DNA of 64,000 nucleotides from positions 2,592,001-2,656,000 of the forward strand of contig OZ223236.1 of NCBI GenBank assembly GCA_965140445.1. Direction: 5' to 3'. The DNA comes from Candidatus Ozemobacteraceae bacterium (GTDB taxonomy: Bacteria > Muiribacteriota > Ozemobacteria > Ozemobacterales > Ozemobacteraceae). Each line of letters begins with the position of its first letter. Positions within the stretch are counted from its first letter, which is position 1. Below are positions 44,797-54,702 of the stretch, in pieces. Position numbers and translations under genes: made by a program. The notes beneath the pieces are model-generated. The model saw nothing but the letters and a program-made list of their open reading frames with translations, was not told where the DNA came from and did not search any database.

Positions 44797-47364
44797 ATGT
44801 GTGGAGTAATTGGTCTCGTATTTAAAAATGATAAAACAGAATTGGGAGAAATTTCTTGTAAGCTTTTGAGAATGCTTGAGTATCGTGGATATGATTCTAC
44901 AGGTGCAATTATTCAGGATTCAAGTGGTGAAATCACCCTGAAAAAAGATGTTGGGGCTCCGAGTAAAGTTGCATATGAACTTGGAATTGATAAATTGAGC
45001 GGGAAAATTTTTTGTGGCCAGGTTCGTTGGGCAACTTTTGGAGTGGTAACTCAAAACAACGCGCAGCCACACAATGTAAAGTGTAAAACCCATATTTATG
45101 GTGCTCATAATGGCAATATTACCAATTGTCATCAATTAAAAGAGTGGCTAATAGCTGAAGGCCACGATGTAAAAAGTGATAATGATGGAGAAATGCTGGT
45201 TCATACAGTAGAACATTTTTTTGCTCTAGAATTGCGTTATCAGGATGAAACGGATGATAAGGTTCGTTATGAAGCTCTTAAAACTGCAGTTGAAAAAGCC
45301 TATGAAAAAGTAACTGGTTCTTTTGCTGCAATCATTGTAGATCCTGTGGCAGAGAGAATGGTTGCTATCAAAGCTGGTAGTAGTCTTTATATTGGTCAAG
45401 GACAGGATGTTGCAAGTGGTGATTTTACTATTGCCTCATCTGACCTGGCTTCAGTATTGCAATTAACAAAAATTCTTATCCCTATCAAAGAAAAGCAATT
45501 TGCCATCTATAAAGATAAAGAATTTAGACTATTTAATATTCAGTCAGGAAAAGAATTAGAGTTTTCACTGCAAAGAAGCCTGCTAAAGGTTGAAGAGACT
45601 AAATTGCATCATCCCTTCAAATATTTTATGGAGCAGGAAATCTATAGCCAGATTAAAAACACGAAAAAGCTTATCAGCTTGTTTACTGGCGGCGATAGAG
45701 TTACACGTATTCTTCGGGACAATAAAGAGAAAATGATTGGAACTTATCTCAAAATTAGAGATGGTATCCAGGAGTTGGCAAAAATAACGGTCGCATCTGA
45801 TCTGAAAGACAGGGTTGCAGGTTTCCTTGAAATGCCAGAAATCGCAACAATGAAAGAACTAATTGAGAAAAGCGATCTTGATGGGGTAGAACTCGGCCTG
45901 GAATCGAATTACTCCAGTTTCATCGAGGAAATTCGCGAATTTGTAAAAGAAAAAGTCAGATATTCTGCAAAATTTCTAAAGTTTGTTGACGGCATTTTTG
46001 AGCTTGAAAACATTATGGAAATAGAATCCAAAATGTCAGAGTTTGTAAAAATAGTCGGCGAAGCAAAAAAGAATGAAAAGTCCATTTACATTCTTGCTTG
46101 TGGAACTTCATTTCATGCCGCAAAAACAGCCCCTTTATTTTTTAACGAAATAGCTGGCATCTCTGTAATTCCTTTGTTACCAGGTGAATTCAGAGCGCAA
46201 TGCACAATGTCACTAAATCCTGACGATGTTGTTATCGGAATAAGTCAAAGCGGTGAAACCAAAGATTTGATAGACGTTTTCAATTTTGTTGAAGAAAAAT
46301 ATCCTACAGTAAAGCGAATTTGCGTTTTGAATAATACCAATTCGACTTTGGCCTTGGAAAAGTCCCATTTATATATTCCGTTATTTTGTGGCCCTGAAAT
46401 CGCTGTTCCTGCAACCAAGAGCTTTTTAAATCAATTGTTGGTTCTTTATATTCTGGCATTAAATGTTCGTAATTACCTGAAAGAATCAGATGAAGTTCAT
46501 TCTGATGTATCTGCTGATTACCATTTTAAGGATTTATTCAGGGTTCCTGAGCTTATCGAAAAAACCATTAATATGACAAAGCAGGATACTGATGCAATTG
46601 CTAATGAACTTTATTTAACTCCAAGTATTCATATTCTTGCTACAAGAATTCTTGGAATTGCCAAAGAAGGTGCACTTAAGATTAGAGAGATTGTTTTGAA
46701 CCACACTGAAGGATTTGAAGGCTCTGAATTTAAGCATGGCCCTAATACTATCCTGGGTGTTAATACTGTTTTTGGTCTGGATTCTGTTGCTGCGCTTGTT
46801 GCAAGGCTTGAAGAAGCATTAAACTATGTTTTGGAGTCTAAGGCTGGTGAAGAACTCAAACCTCGGGGTGTTTTAAGGATCTACAAAGCAATTTGTGACT
46901 TTGCATTTCATGACCAGAAGCCTCATTATTTGAGTAAAGAAGAAATGGACGTTTTTGAATTGGTTTTAAATAATTACAATTTGTTTGAAAGTATGTATCA
47001 AAACTATCCATTAATCTTTGTTACCACACCCAGAGAGCGTGATATTAATCTTACTATTTCTCAGATAAATACACACAAAATCAGAGGTGCAAATGTCTAT
47101 CTTATTGCTGAGGATAACAGCGATTTGCGTGAGGCAGTTTCAATTGCTCCATCATCCCAATATCCATATAGATTTGGTTACGTCACTCTGCCAAAGACGG
47201 ATTCCAAAATTTTGCCCATTTTCTCAATAACCGTTGTTTTACAGATTTTGGCTCTAAAAATGAGTAAGTGTAAAATGGATTTTCTGAATCGTATAGCGGT
47301 GAAAAATCATGGTGTTCATCCCGATGTTCCCAAGAATGTAAGTAAATCTATTACTGTAGATTAG
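44797..47364 (+). CDS. glmS: Glutamine-fructose-6-phosphate transaminase (isomerizing), enlarged
   Basis: MCG N-terminal nucleophile; LEYRGYDS, RWAT, HNG, ACGTS, SQSGET.D, GPEIAV.ATK, EGALK..E and E.KHGP motifs; C-terminal KSITVD. Confidence 0.85.
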   Translation: MCGVIGLVFKNDKTELGEISCKLLRMLEYRGYDSTGAIIQDSSGEITLKKDVGAPSKVAYELGIDKLSGKIFCGQVRWATFGVVTQNNAQPHNVKCKTHIYGAHNGNITNCHQLKEWLIAEGHDVKSDNDGEMLVHTVEHFFALELRYQDETDDKVRYEALKTAVEKAYEKVTGSFAAIIVDPVAERMVAIKAGSSLYIGQGQDVASGDFTIASSDLASVLQLTKILIPIKEKQFAIYKDKEFRLFNIQSGKELEFSLQRSLLKVEETKLHHPFKYFMEQEIYSQIKNTKKLISLFTGGDRVTRILRDNKEKMIGTYLKIRDGIQELAKITVASDLKDRVAGFLEMPEIATMKELIEKSDLDGVELGLESNYSSFIEEIREFVKEKVRYSAKFLKFVDGIFELENIMEIESKMSEFVKIVGEAKKNEKSIYILACGTSFHAAKTAPLFFNEIAGISVIPLLPGEFRAQCTMSLNPDDVVIGISQSGETKDLIDVFNFVEEKYPTVKRICVLNNTNSTLALEKSHLYIPLFCGPEIAVPATKSFLNQLLVLYILALNVRNYLKESDEVHSDVSADYHFKDLFRVPELIEKTINMTKQDTDAIANELYLTPSIHILATRILGIAKEGALKIREIVLNHTEGFEGSEFKHGPNTILGVNTVFGLDSVAALVARLEEALNYVLESKAGEELKPRGVLRIYKAICDFAFHDQKPHYLSKEEMDVFELVLNNYNLFESMYQNYPLIFVTTPRERDINLTISQINTHKIRGANVYLIAEDNSDLREAVSIAPSSQYPYRFGYVTLPKTDSKILPIFSITVVLQILALKMSKCKMDFLNRIAVKNHGVHPDVPKNVSKSITVD

Positions 47365-47414
47365 AAAAAAAAAATCCCGAAACTTCAAATTCCTATGAAG
47401 TTTCGGGATTTTTT
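47365..47414. terminator. Bidirectional terminator between glmS and speA
   Basis: A-tract-TCCCGAAACTTCA...TGAAGTTTCGGGA-T-tract. Confidence 0.9.
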
Positions 47415-47424
47415 ATTTTAGATT

Positions 47425-49324
47425 TTACTCCAGGTATGTGTAGCCATACAGGCCAGATCGGTAGATGGCAAGAAACTCTTTTCCTTCCTGGACAGAGATT
47501 TTCTTTTCCTTAACACAATTGGAAACCCATGTTTCCATAGTTCTCACGAGCTTTTTGGCACTGAACTGAACATAATCCAGAACGTCAGCAACGGTTTCGC
47601 CGTCAATGATTCTGTCTATTTCAAAGGTTCCATCTTTGTTCACTGTTATATGGACTGCGTTGGTATCTCCAAAAAGGTTATGTAAGTCACCAAGGATTTC
47701 CTGGTAAGCACCCACCATGAAAACTCCGATGTAATATTCTTCAAAAGTTCTTAAGTGGTGAAGTGGAAGGCATGGATTAAAACTTCTATTTCCAATAAAA
47801 CGGTCTATTTTCCCATCAGAATCGCAGGTAATATCCTGAATTGTTGCCATGTGAGCAGGTTTTTCATTTAATCTGTGGAGAGGTAAAATTGGGAACAACT
47901 GATCAATAGCCCACGAATCCGGGAGCGATTGGAACAAAGAGAAGTTACAGAAATATTTTTCTGCAAGAATCTTATCAAGTTGCTTCATTTCTTCTGGAGG
48001 GTGTTTTTGCGCAGCGCCCCAACTCTCTAACTTCATGAGCAATCGCCCAGAAAAGTTCTTCAGATTGTGCTCTTACTTTAATGTCAACCATTCCGAGATT
48101 AAACAGATCCAGAGTTTCTTCTCTAAGTTGCTGAGCGTCATGCCAAGCTTCAATCATGGTTAGATTAGTCAGAGAGTCCAGAATTGTATACATTTCTCTA
48201 ACTATTTCATGATCTTTTTTTGTAATTTTGAAATCATCATAGGATTTTCTCAAAGGTGAAGTTGTTTCAAGAACATTAAACACAAGAACAGAGTGGTGAG
48301 CAGTCAATGCTCTTCCCGATTCTGTGATCAGGTGAGGGTGGGGGAATCCATTCTTTTCAGCTGCATCTTGTATCGCAGAGACTGCGTCATTGGCATATTC
48401 TTGAATTGAATAGTTTATGCTGCTGGAAATCGTGGTTCTGGTTCCATCATAATCAACTCCCAATCCGCCGCCTATATCAACATATTCAATATTGCAGCCC
48501 AGTTTTCGCATTTGAACAAAGAACTGGGAAGCTTCTCTGAGGCCTCTTTTGATTTTTCTGATATTGGTAATCTGACTTCCGAGGTGACAATGAATGAGCT
48601 TTATAGACTCCAGGTAGCCTTCTTCCTTCATGAATTCTACTGCATCAATCAATTCTGAAGAGGTGAGACCAAATTTACTTTTGTCGCCTCCAGAGTCTTC
48701 CCACTTGCCGCTGCCAAAAGCCGCCAGTTTAATTCTGATTCCAACATTTGGAACCACTTTATGAGCTCTGGCAAGTTTTGTAATAAGCTTTAATTCATTA
48801 AACTTTTCTGCAACAATAAAAATTCTTTTTCCCATTTTCTGGGCTAATAGAGCCAGTTCAATGAAATCTTCATCCTTATAGCCGTTACAAATAATAATGG
48901 CTTCCGGGTTATCCATGATAGCTAATACGGCGTGTAGCTCAGGTTTAGACCCAGCTTCCAGGCCGATGTTAAACTTTTTCCCATATCGAACTATTTCTTC
49001 AACTACTGGTCTTTGCTGATTAACTTTGATTGGATAAACAGTATAATAATTTGCATTATAATTATATTCTTCAGAAGCTTGTTTAAAGCAACTGGCAATG
49101 TTTTCAATTCTTTGATCCAAAATGTCTGGAAATCTAAGCAAGACAGGATATGCAACATCTTTGAGATTAAGTTCATCCAGGATTTCTTTAATCTCAACAG
49201 CATTTTTGGGATCTCTATTTGGCATAACAGTAACGTTTCCGTCTTTGCTGATGCCAAAATAGCCTATGCCCCATCCCTCTATATTGTAGAGTTCCGAAGA
49301 GTCATCTATTCGCCATTTTCGCAT
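47425..49324 (-). pseudogene. speA: Biosynthetic arginine decarboxylase split by a single frameshift near 48017-48020 (pseudogene, assembly error or recoding)
   Basis: 5' ORF has VYPIKVNQ, GLEAGSKPEL, KFGL, GGGLGVDYDG and ESGR. 3' ORF has FSLFQSLPDSW, DITCDSDG and GAYQEILG..HNLFG. The span is 1900 nt, and removing 1 nt gives a continuous 632-aa protein. Confidence 0.9.
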
Positions 49325-49492
49325 TTTGTCCTCCAAACTGGGGGTATGTACAACCTGTAGTCGCTTATGTTAGTTTGAAAAAGTGTTTTTATCAAGTTAT
49401 TTAAGCTTGTATATAATCTTTGAGAAGAGTTATACTGAGCATTATTGGCTGAACTCACTATTTAGCCTATATTTTTATTTCTGGAGCATGTA

Positions 49493-50377
49493 ATGGACTC
49501 AGATAAAATTGTGGGCAGGAACGATCCATGTCCCTGTGGCAGCGGACAAAAATACAAAAGATGTTGTATGGGCGTTCAATCTCCCGCAAAAGTTGGCTTG
49601 AAAGAGCTTTACTACAATAATTATAGAATTAGATTAAAAGACAAAGTTGATATTGAAGGAATTAAGAAAGCTGGAAAGCTTGTGGTCGAAACGCTCAAAA
49701 TGGTTGAAGAGCAGATTAGACCTGGAATAACCACTAATTTTATCAATGATTTTGTCCATGAACACACGATTAAGAATGGTGCTATTCCAGCTCCGTTAAA
49801 TTATAGGGGTTTTCCAAAAAGTATATGCACTTCAGTTAATGAAGTTATCTGCCATGGAATTCCTTCTGATAGGATTCTTTTGGAAGGCGATATCGTGAAT
49901 GTTGACGTTACCTCTATTCTTGAGGGTTACCATGCCGATGCAAATATGACCTTCTTTGTTGGAAACTGTAGCAAAGATGCCCATAAGATCGTCAGTGTTG
50001 CCAGAGAAAGCCTGAAAAGAGCTTTAAACGTTGTTAAACCTGGTAATACCATCGGAGACATTGGAGCTGAGATTCAGGTTTATGCTGAAGGTGAAGGGTG
50101 TTCCGTTGTTAGAGAATTTATAGGGCACGGAATTGGAAAAGTTTTCCACGAGCCACCAGATATTCCGCATTTTGGGAAAAAAGGGCAGGGGATCTCTCTT
50201 GTTCCGGGAATGGTTTTTACGGTAGAGCCAATGGTAAACCTTGGGAAGAGATTTCTGAGAGTTCTTGACGATCAATGGACAGCTGTTACTCGTGACGGTT
50301 CATTGTCTGCTCAGTTTGAACAGACAATCGTTGTAACGGAAGATGGCTATATTAGCCTGACTCCATATGATTTGTAA
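49493..50377 (+). CDS. map: Methionine aminopeptidase type I with an N-terminal SEC-C zinc motif
   Basis: GRNDPCPCGSG.KYK.CC; CTSVNEVICHGIP, GHGIG, FTVEPM and SAQFE motifs. Confidence 0.95.
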   Translation: MDSDKIVGRNDPCPCGSGQKYKRCCMGVQSPAKVGLKELYYNNYRIRLKDKVDIEGIKKAGKLVVETLKMVEEQIRPGITTNFINDFVHEHTIKNGAIPAPLNYRGFPKSICTSVNEVICHGIPSDRILLEGDIVNVDVTSILEGYHADANMTFFVGNCSKDAHKIVSVARESLKRALNVVKPGNTIGDIGAEIQVYAEGEGCSVVREFIGHGIGKVFHEPPDIPHFGKKGQGISLVPGMVFTVEPMVNLGKRFLRVLDDQWTAVTRDGSLSAQFEQTIVVTEDGYISLTPYDL

Positions 50378-50398
50378 TTTTAATGAGGGAGTAAACCA

Positions 50399-50737
50399 AT
50401 GGAAGAACTTCTAGCTAACTATATTAGATTTGTTGAAGAAGAAATTGATAATTCAAAGGCAATAGAGCCCGATAAAAAAATTCGTGATCAATTTGATGGC
50501 ATTTTGGATGAAATGGATTTTCGTATTGCAACTATTAAATTTGAAATGGATGCTTTGCTTGATATACCTCGCACTGATAAAAACTATGACCTTACTATGC
50601 GAGAGCTTGTAGCAAAGATCGATGAGCTTCCAAGAATGAAAGGGGCTTCTGTTCCAGCATTCTTGAAAAAGAAAAAAGCAGAAATGACAAGAATTGCCAG
50701 AGAAATGGCCGCAGGGTTGCAGAACATGTTTGGGTAA
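50399..50737 (+). CDS. Hypothetical helical protein
   Basis: GAGGGAG SD; 112 aa; followed by a hairpin. Confidence 0.7.
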   Translation: MEELLANYIRFVEEEIDNSKAIEPDKKIRDQFDGILDEMDFRIATIKFEMDALLDIPRTDKNYDLTMRELVAKIDELPRMKGASVPAFLKKKKAEMTRIAREMAAGLQNMFG

Positions 50738-50755
50738 AACAAACAAAATTTATTG

Positions 50756-50779
50756 AAAAGGCCGATTTTCGGCCTTTTC
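50756..50779. terminator. Probable terminator
   Basis: GAAAAGGCCGA-TT-TTCGGCCTTTTC. Confidence 0.55.
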
Positions 50780-50800
50780 CCATTTTCAGGAGGTTTAAAA

Positions 50801-51553
50801 TTGAAAATAGGCGAAAAATTAATTGAATCTGCAAAAAAACTGGCCCAGGGGAAAAAAATTAAAGATGTTCGCATTGGACTTGGCTACAGCTGCGTCGAAT
50901 TAGACAACGGTGGAGTTGGCTTGGGATGGACTCCAGAGGCAGAGTCTGGCAGTTGTACCCATGTAAAAGCAGCGGGCAGTATTGCTGGTTCAGATGCTTT
51001 TGAGCTACTCCAATGGCTTAATAGCCAAAACCCATTGGAGAGGGCGCTGGGGTTAGCAACCTTCAATGCCCTTAATAGCGAAAGGGTAAGGGCAAATCAG
51101 AATAAATCTGATAGTGAAGCTACTTCTTTATTGAATATCAGCAAAGAAGACTATGTAGTAATGGTGGGCTTTTTCGGTCCGGTAGTCCCCAAAATAAAAG
51201 AGATCGGATGCAAGTTTGATGTTGTGGAGCTTAAAAGCGATAAACCGGGAGTAATTGGGTCTGAAAAAGGCGAAATTGCTTTGGGTAAATGTGATGTCGC
51301 GATTATTACTTCTACCAGCATTATAAATGGCACCTGTGATGGATTATTAAAATCGCTGGGAAAACCAAGAGCTGCGGTAATGCTTGGACCATCTACCCCC
51401 ATGGCTCCAGATGTATTTAAAGACACGCCAATAACTCAATTAAGCGGATCAATTGTTTCCGAGTCAGAGGAGATAAAGAAAATAATTTCTGAGGGTGGGG
51501 GAACGCGCTTGATGAAGAAAAAGCTCGAATTTTGGAGTGTCTTCTCAGAATAG
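50801..51553 (+). CDS. DUF364/DUF4213 Rossmann-like protein (putative heavy-metal chelation)
   Basis: V.IGLGY..V.L, ALGLAT.NAL, MVGFF.P, T...NGT...LL and GPSTP motifs; AGGAGG SD before TTG 50801. Confidence 0.85.
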   Translation: MKIGEKLIESAKKLAQGKKIKDVRIGLGYSCVELDNGGVGLGWTPEAESGSCTHVKAAGSIAGSDAFELLQWLNSQNPLERALGLATFNALNSERVRANQNKSDSEATSLLNISKEDYVVMVGFFGPVVPKIKEIGCKFDVVELKSDKPGVIGSEKGEIALGKCDVAIITSTSIINGTCDGLLKSLGKPRAAVMLGPSTPMAPDVFKDTPITQLSGSIVSESEEIKKIISEGGGTRLMKKKLEFWSVFSE

Positions 51554-51633
51554 AGTATTAATAGTGTCTGTACCCTTTACAGATTGTATTAATATTCTTA
51601 GTATTAAATTATATGGTTCCGCTGGAGGAAATT

Positions 51634-52173
51634 ATGAAAAAAGCATTTGGCCTGATCTTAACGATTACACTTTTGTTTTCTGGATCAGTTTTCGCTTTAG
51701 ATGAAGATGTATTCCGTTCGACCCTTGTAAAGTTCAGTCAAGTTGCAATTCCTGTGACTGCAATGAAAGGGAAAATGGGAGATGATGTATATAGCAAAGG
51801 TGGAAACGGAAAAGGTGGAAATGCTAGTCAGGGCGAATTTCCTTTTTTAACAGCTGAAAAGCTTAATAAGCAGATTGAAGTTTTGATACAGGGAATCGAA
51901 TCAGCAAAAGGCGTGGCTACAGCTCTTGCTGTAATCGTAAACCTTTATGAAAGTAATAAAATATCTGTTGAAGTTGCTATAACGGCGGTTCAGATACTTA
52001 AACTTAGAGCTGTATTTTTAAAGGTGTTTCTTTCCAATGGCAGTTCAGAACTTGAAATAATGATCAAAGTCCTGGAAGATAACGAGACGGAACTTGGAAA
52101 GCATATGCAGGCAAAAAGATCCGTAGATGCTCAGGTTAATGGTCGAATTAACGCAGCTCAATCAGGTTACTGA
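51634..52173 (+). CDS. Secreted hypothetical protein
   Basis: GGAGG SD; signal peptide ending VFA. Confidence 0.7.
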   Translation: MKKAFGLILTITLLFSGSVFALDEDVFRSTLVKFSQVAIPVTAMKGKMGDDVYSKGGNGKGGNASQGEFPFLTAEKLNKQIEVLIQGIESAKGVATALAVIVNLYESNKISVEVAITAVQILKLRAVFLKVFLSNGSSELEIMIKVLEDNETELGKHMQAKRSVDAQVNGRINAAQSGY

Positions 52174-52188
52174 TAAAAAATTAAGTAA

Positions 52189-52240
52189 AAATTAGACATA
52201 AAAAAATCCCGAATATTCGGGATTTTTTTATGTCTAATTT
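52189..52240. terminator. 52-bp perfect palindrome, bidirectional terminator
   Basis: AAATTAGACATAAAAAAATCCCGAAT|ATTCGGGATTTTTTTATGTCTAATTT between convergent genes. Confidence 0.8.
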
Positions 52241-52252
52241 AGAGGTTCAAGT

Positions 52253-53149
52253 CTACTCTTCTTTAGGTTTCAGGTATTTTCTAATTCTAACCTGGTTTCC
52301 TTTTTCATTATACTCCATTTCTTCAAACTGAAGTCGGGCAAGCATGATACCGCGCCCATTTGCAGCAAGAAGAATCTCTGGATCATTTGGATCTGGTAGA
52401 TTTCTCCAGTCAAATCCTTTGCCTTCGTCCTCAATGGTCCATTGGCAATATTCCTGGTTCATGACAAATTTTATCGTTGCTTGTCTATCCTTAAATTTGG
52501 GGTCGCTTAAGCGACTATTAAGAAGATTTTCCCAGTCTTCCAGATTTCCTTCAAGGGCTTCTTTTTTTGCATCAAAGTCTATTTCAAGGTTTCCATGTTC
52601 TATGGCATTAGTAAGAATCTCTACTAACCCCAAATGCACACCAAGTCTGCTTTCTTTTGGTATAGCAAAATTAGTTTCGTGCATCATTTTATCTGCAAGT
52701 CGATTTATAATCATCAATTCATTTGAGATTTTTAAGGTAAATTGTCTCTCAATAAATAAACCAAGGATTTCCTGCTCTACTGTTCTGTTTTTAAGAATAC
52801 TTTCGTACTTAGCTAAAAACTCTTTTAATAATTTGGGGCGGAAAGGTTTCAAAATGTAATCATTGGCTTTTAAGCGAAGGGCTTCTAAAGTATAATCTAC
52901 TGAACCAAATGCTGTAACCATAATTACGACAGCATCAGAGCTGATTTTTCTTATTTTTTCAAGTAGCTCAAGTCCATTCATTTTTGGCATGAGAATGTCT
53001 GAAAGGACTATGTCTGGCTCAAATTTTTTGAAAGCAGCGAGTCCAGCCTCTCCGTCTTCAGCTACTTCAACTTCATGTCCGATAGAAGAAACTGTTTTCG
53101 ATAAAAGCAGCCTGATTGGGGCTTCATCTTCTACTATGAGAATTTTCAT
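52253..53149 (-). CDS. Response regulator with a C-terminal RsbW/SpoIIAB-like HATPase domain
   Basis: REC (ED, SDILMP, KP); EILTNAIEHGN, DEGKGF and GRGI motifs. Confidence 0.88.
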   Translation of the reverse strand: MKILIVEDEAPIRLLLSKTVSSIGHEVEVAEDGEAGLAAFKKFEPDIVLSDILMPKMNGLELLEKIRKISSDAVVIMVTAFGSVDYTLEALRLKANDYILKPFRPKLLKEFLAKYESILKNRTVEQEILGLFIERQFTLKISNELMIINRLADKMMHETNFAIPKESRLGVHLGLVEILTNAIEHGNLEIDFDAKKEALEGNLEDWENLLNSRLSDPKFKDRQATIKFVMNQEYCQWTIEDEGKGFDWRNLPDPNDPEILLAANGRGIMLARLQFEEMEYNEKGNQVRIRKYLKPKEE

Positions 53150-53150
53150 T

Positions 53151-54641
53151 TTATTCCCCTTTATTTATTTTTTTCGAGTTTTTACTAAGAGGTATTTTAA
53201 TTATAAACGTTTTTTCATCGTTTTCATTGGTATCCATTAACAATTTTCCCTGCATCAGGTCAATAAAAAAACTGGCATGTGATAGAACTAATTCATCCGC
53301 AAACACAATATCCTTACTTTGTGGTAAAGATATCAGGAATGAAAAAGAATTGTCATCTGTCAGGTATGTTAGATTTATAGAGCTTTTATGAGGCAAGTAT
53401 TTGATTATATAAGAGATGATTTCCGATAAAGCCAGATGTAGCTTTTCTCTATCCCCTTTGAAGGTTTGTGCTTCATTGTTTTGCAATACGTTAATAGTTA
53501 AGCTCTTTTGGTCGCAATCAGATTGAATTGAATTAATAACATCATTTAAAAAGTCGGTAAAAGATGTATCAATGCATTGCAAAGAGTTGCTGTCTTCTTT
53601 TTCACCCATTTTTAATAGATGGTTTATGAATTCAAGAAGTCTTTCTCCACCCTTTTGAATCATTTGCACATATTCGATTTGAGCTTCATTTAGATTGCCA
53701 TCAAACTGTTCCGAAAGTAAATCTGCAAAGCCAATAATTTCATTAAGTGGGGTCCTTAATTCATGACTCATATTGGCAAGAAATGTATCCTTAACTTTTT
53801 TTAATTCGCTTTGTTGATAGCGAAAACCTGGTTGCAGAATATCATTAGAAAGCCTGTGCGTAATTAAGTGGTGAGCCTCAATGAAAAATACAATAAAAAT
53901 CCTTGTTCTTGGGAGAATAAGAATAAACTGCTGAAAAATAACAGTATTAATTTTTATTTCTCTGAAAATGGACTTGGATCTTGAAGAGCCATAAGGCAGA
54001 TTATCGATTTGGCCTAATAATTCTTCAGGGAGAAGGTCTGGCAAACCAAGAACTTTACCAATCTTCTTTTGGATTCCTTTCATGGAATCATTCATATGCA
54101 AAATTTTGCCATCAAAACTAATTTCAATCATAGGGATTAAATTTAATTTTCGGATGATGGAATTTACGTATTGCGGGGTCAGTTCTCCACTAAAATCATC
54201 AAGTTCCTGTATATTTCTTTGGGTTCTAAGCTTTGTGTAAAGCTCATTTAAATATCCATGAAGAATAGAATTGCAATATTGCAGGCAAAACAGCTTTAGG
54301 CAGGATAGATCAAGGCTGGAAAATTCATTTCCCTTTAAAACCTCAAAAAAGCTTGAGGTGAATCTTGAAAGAAAACAATTTAAGCTGCTGGAAAAATCTA
54401 TACCGTATGAATACCTAACTGCTATGGATTGTCCGAGGCGTTTGGAAATAAAAAAAGCTTCTTTTCGAACTGGAATAATAAAATCTTCAGATAAAAAATC
54501 ATCTGAAATTTTTAGGAAATTATCAAAAACAACTTTGATCAGCTCCTTGGGAATAGGTTCCTTAACTTCTTGTTCCATTGCTAGAACAAGTTTAAAATGT
54601 TTTTCAGATAAAGCTTTAAAGTCAGATGTAGAATTGCTCAT
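53151..54641 (-). CDS. HisKA-domain protein with a degenerate ATP-binding domain
   Basis: Intact FLANMSHELRTPL..IIGF; N-box eroded to EIISYIIKY; no DxGxG or GxGLG. Confidence 0.75.
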   Translation of the reverse strand: MSNSTSDFKALSEKHFKLVLAMEQEVKEPIPKELIKVVFDNFLKISDDFLSEDFIIPVRKEAFFISKRLGQSIAVRYSYGIDFSSSLNCFLSRFTSSFFEVLKGNEFSSLDLSCLKLFCLQYCNSILHGYLNELYTKLRTQRNIQELDDFSGELTPQYVNSIIRKLNLIPMIEISFDGKILHMNDSMKGIQKKIGKVLGLPDLLPEELLGQIDNLPYGSSRSKSIFREIKINTVIFQQFILILPRTRIFIVFFIEAHHLITHRLSNDILQPGFRYQQSELKKVKDTFLANMSHELRTPLNEIIGFADLLSEQFDGNLNEAQIEYVQMIQKGGERLLEFINHLLKMGEKEDSNSLQCIDTSFTDFLNDVINSIQSDCDQKSLTINVLQNNEAQTFKGDREKLHLALSEIISYIIKYLPHKSSINLTYLTDDNSFSFLISLPQSKDIVFADELVLSHASFFIDLMQGKLLMDTNENDEKTFIIKIPLSKNSKKINKGE

Positions 54642-54702
54642 CCCATTCCTCAAGACGTACCTTTATTAAATTTTAACATAAATTGTTAGAAAGTTTGTAA
54701 AT

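Noticed and set aside
49493..49570. SEC-C motif fused to methionine aminopeptidase as a novelty
   Set aside because: This fusion is already known in several anaerobic lineages.
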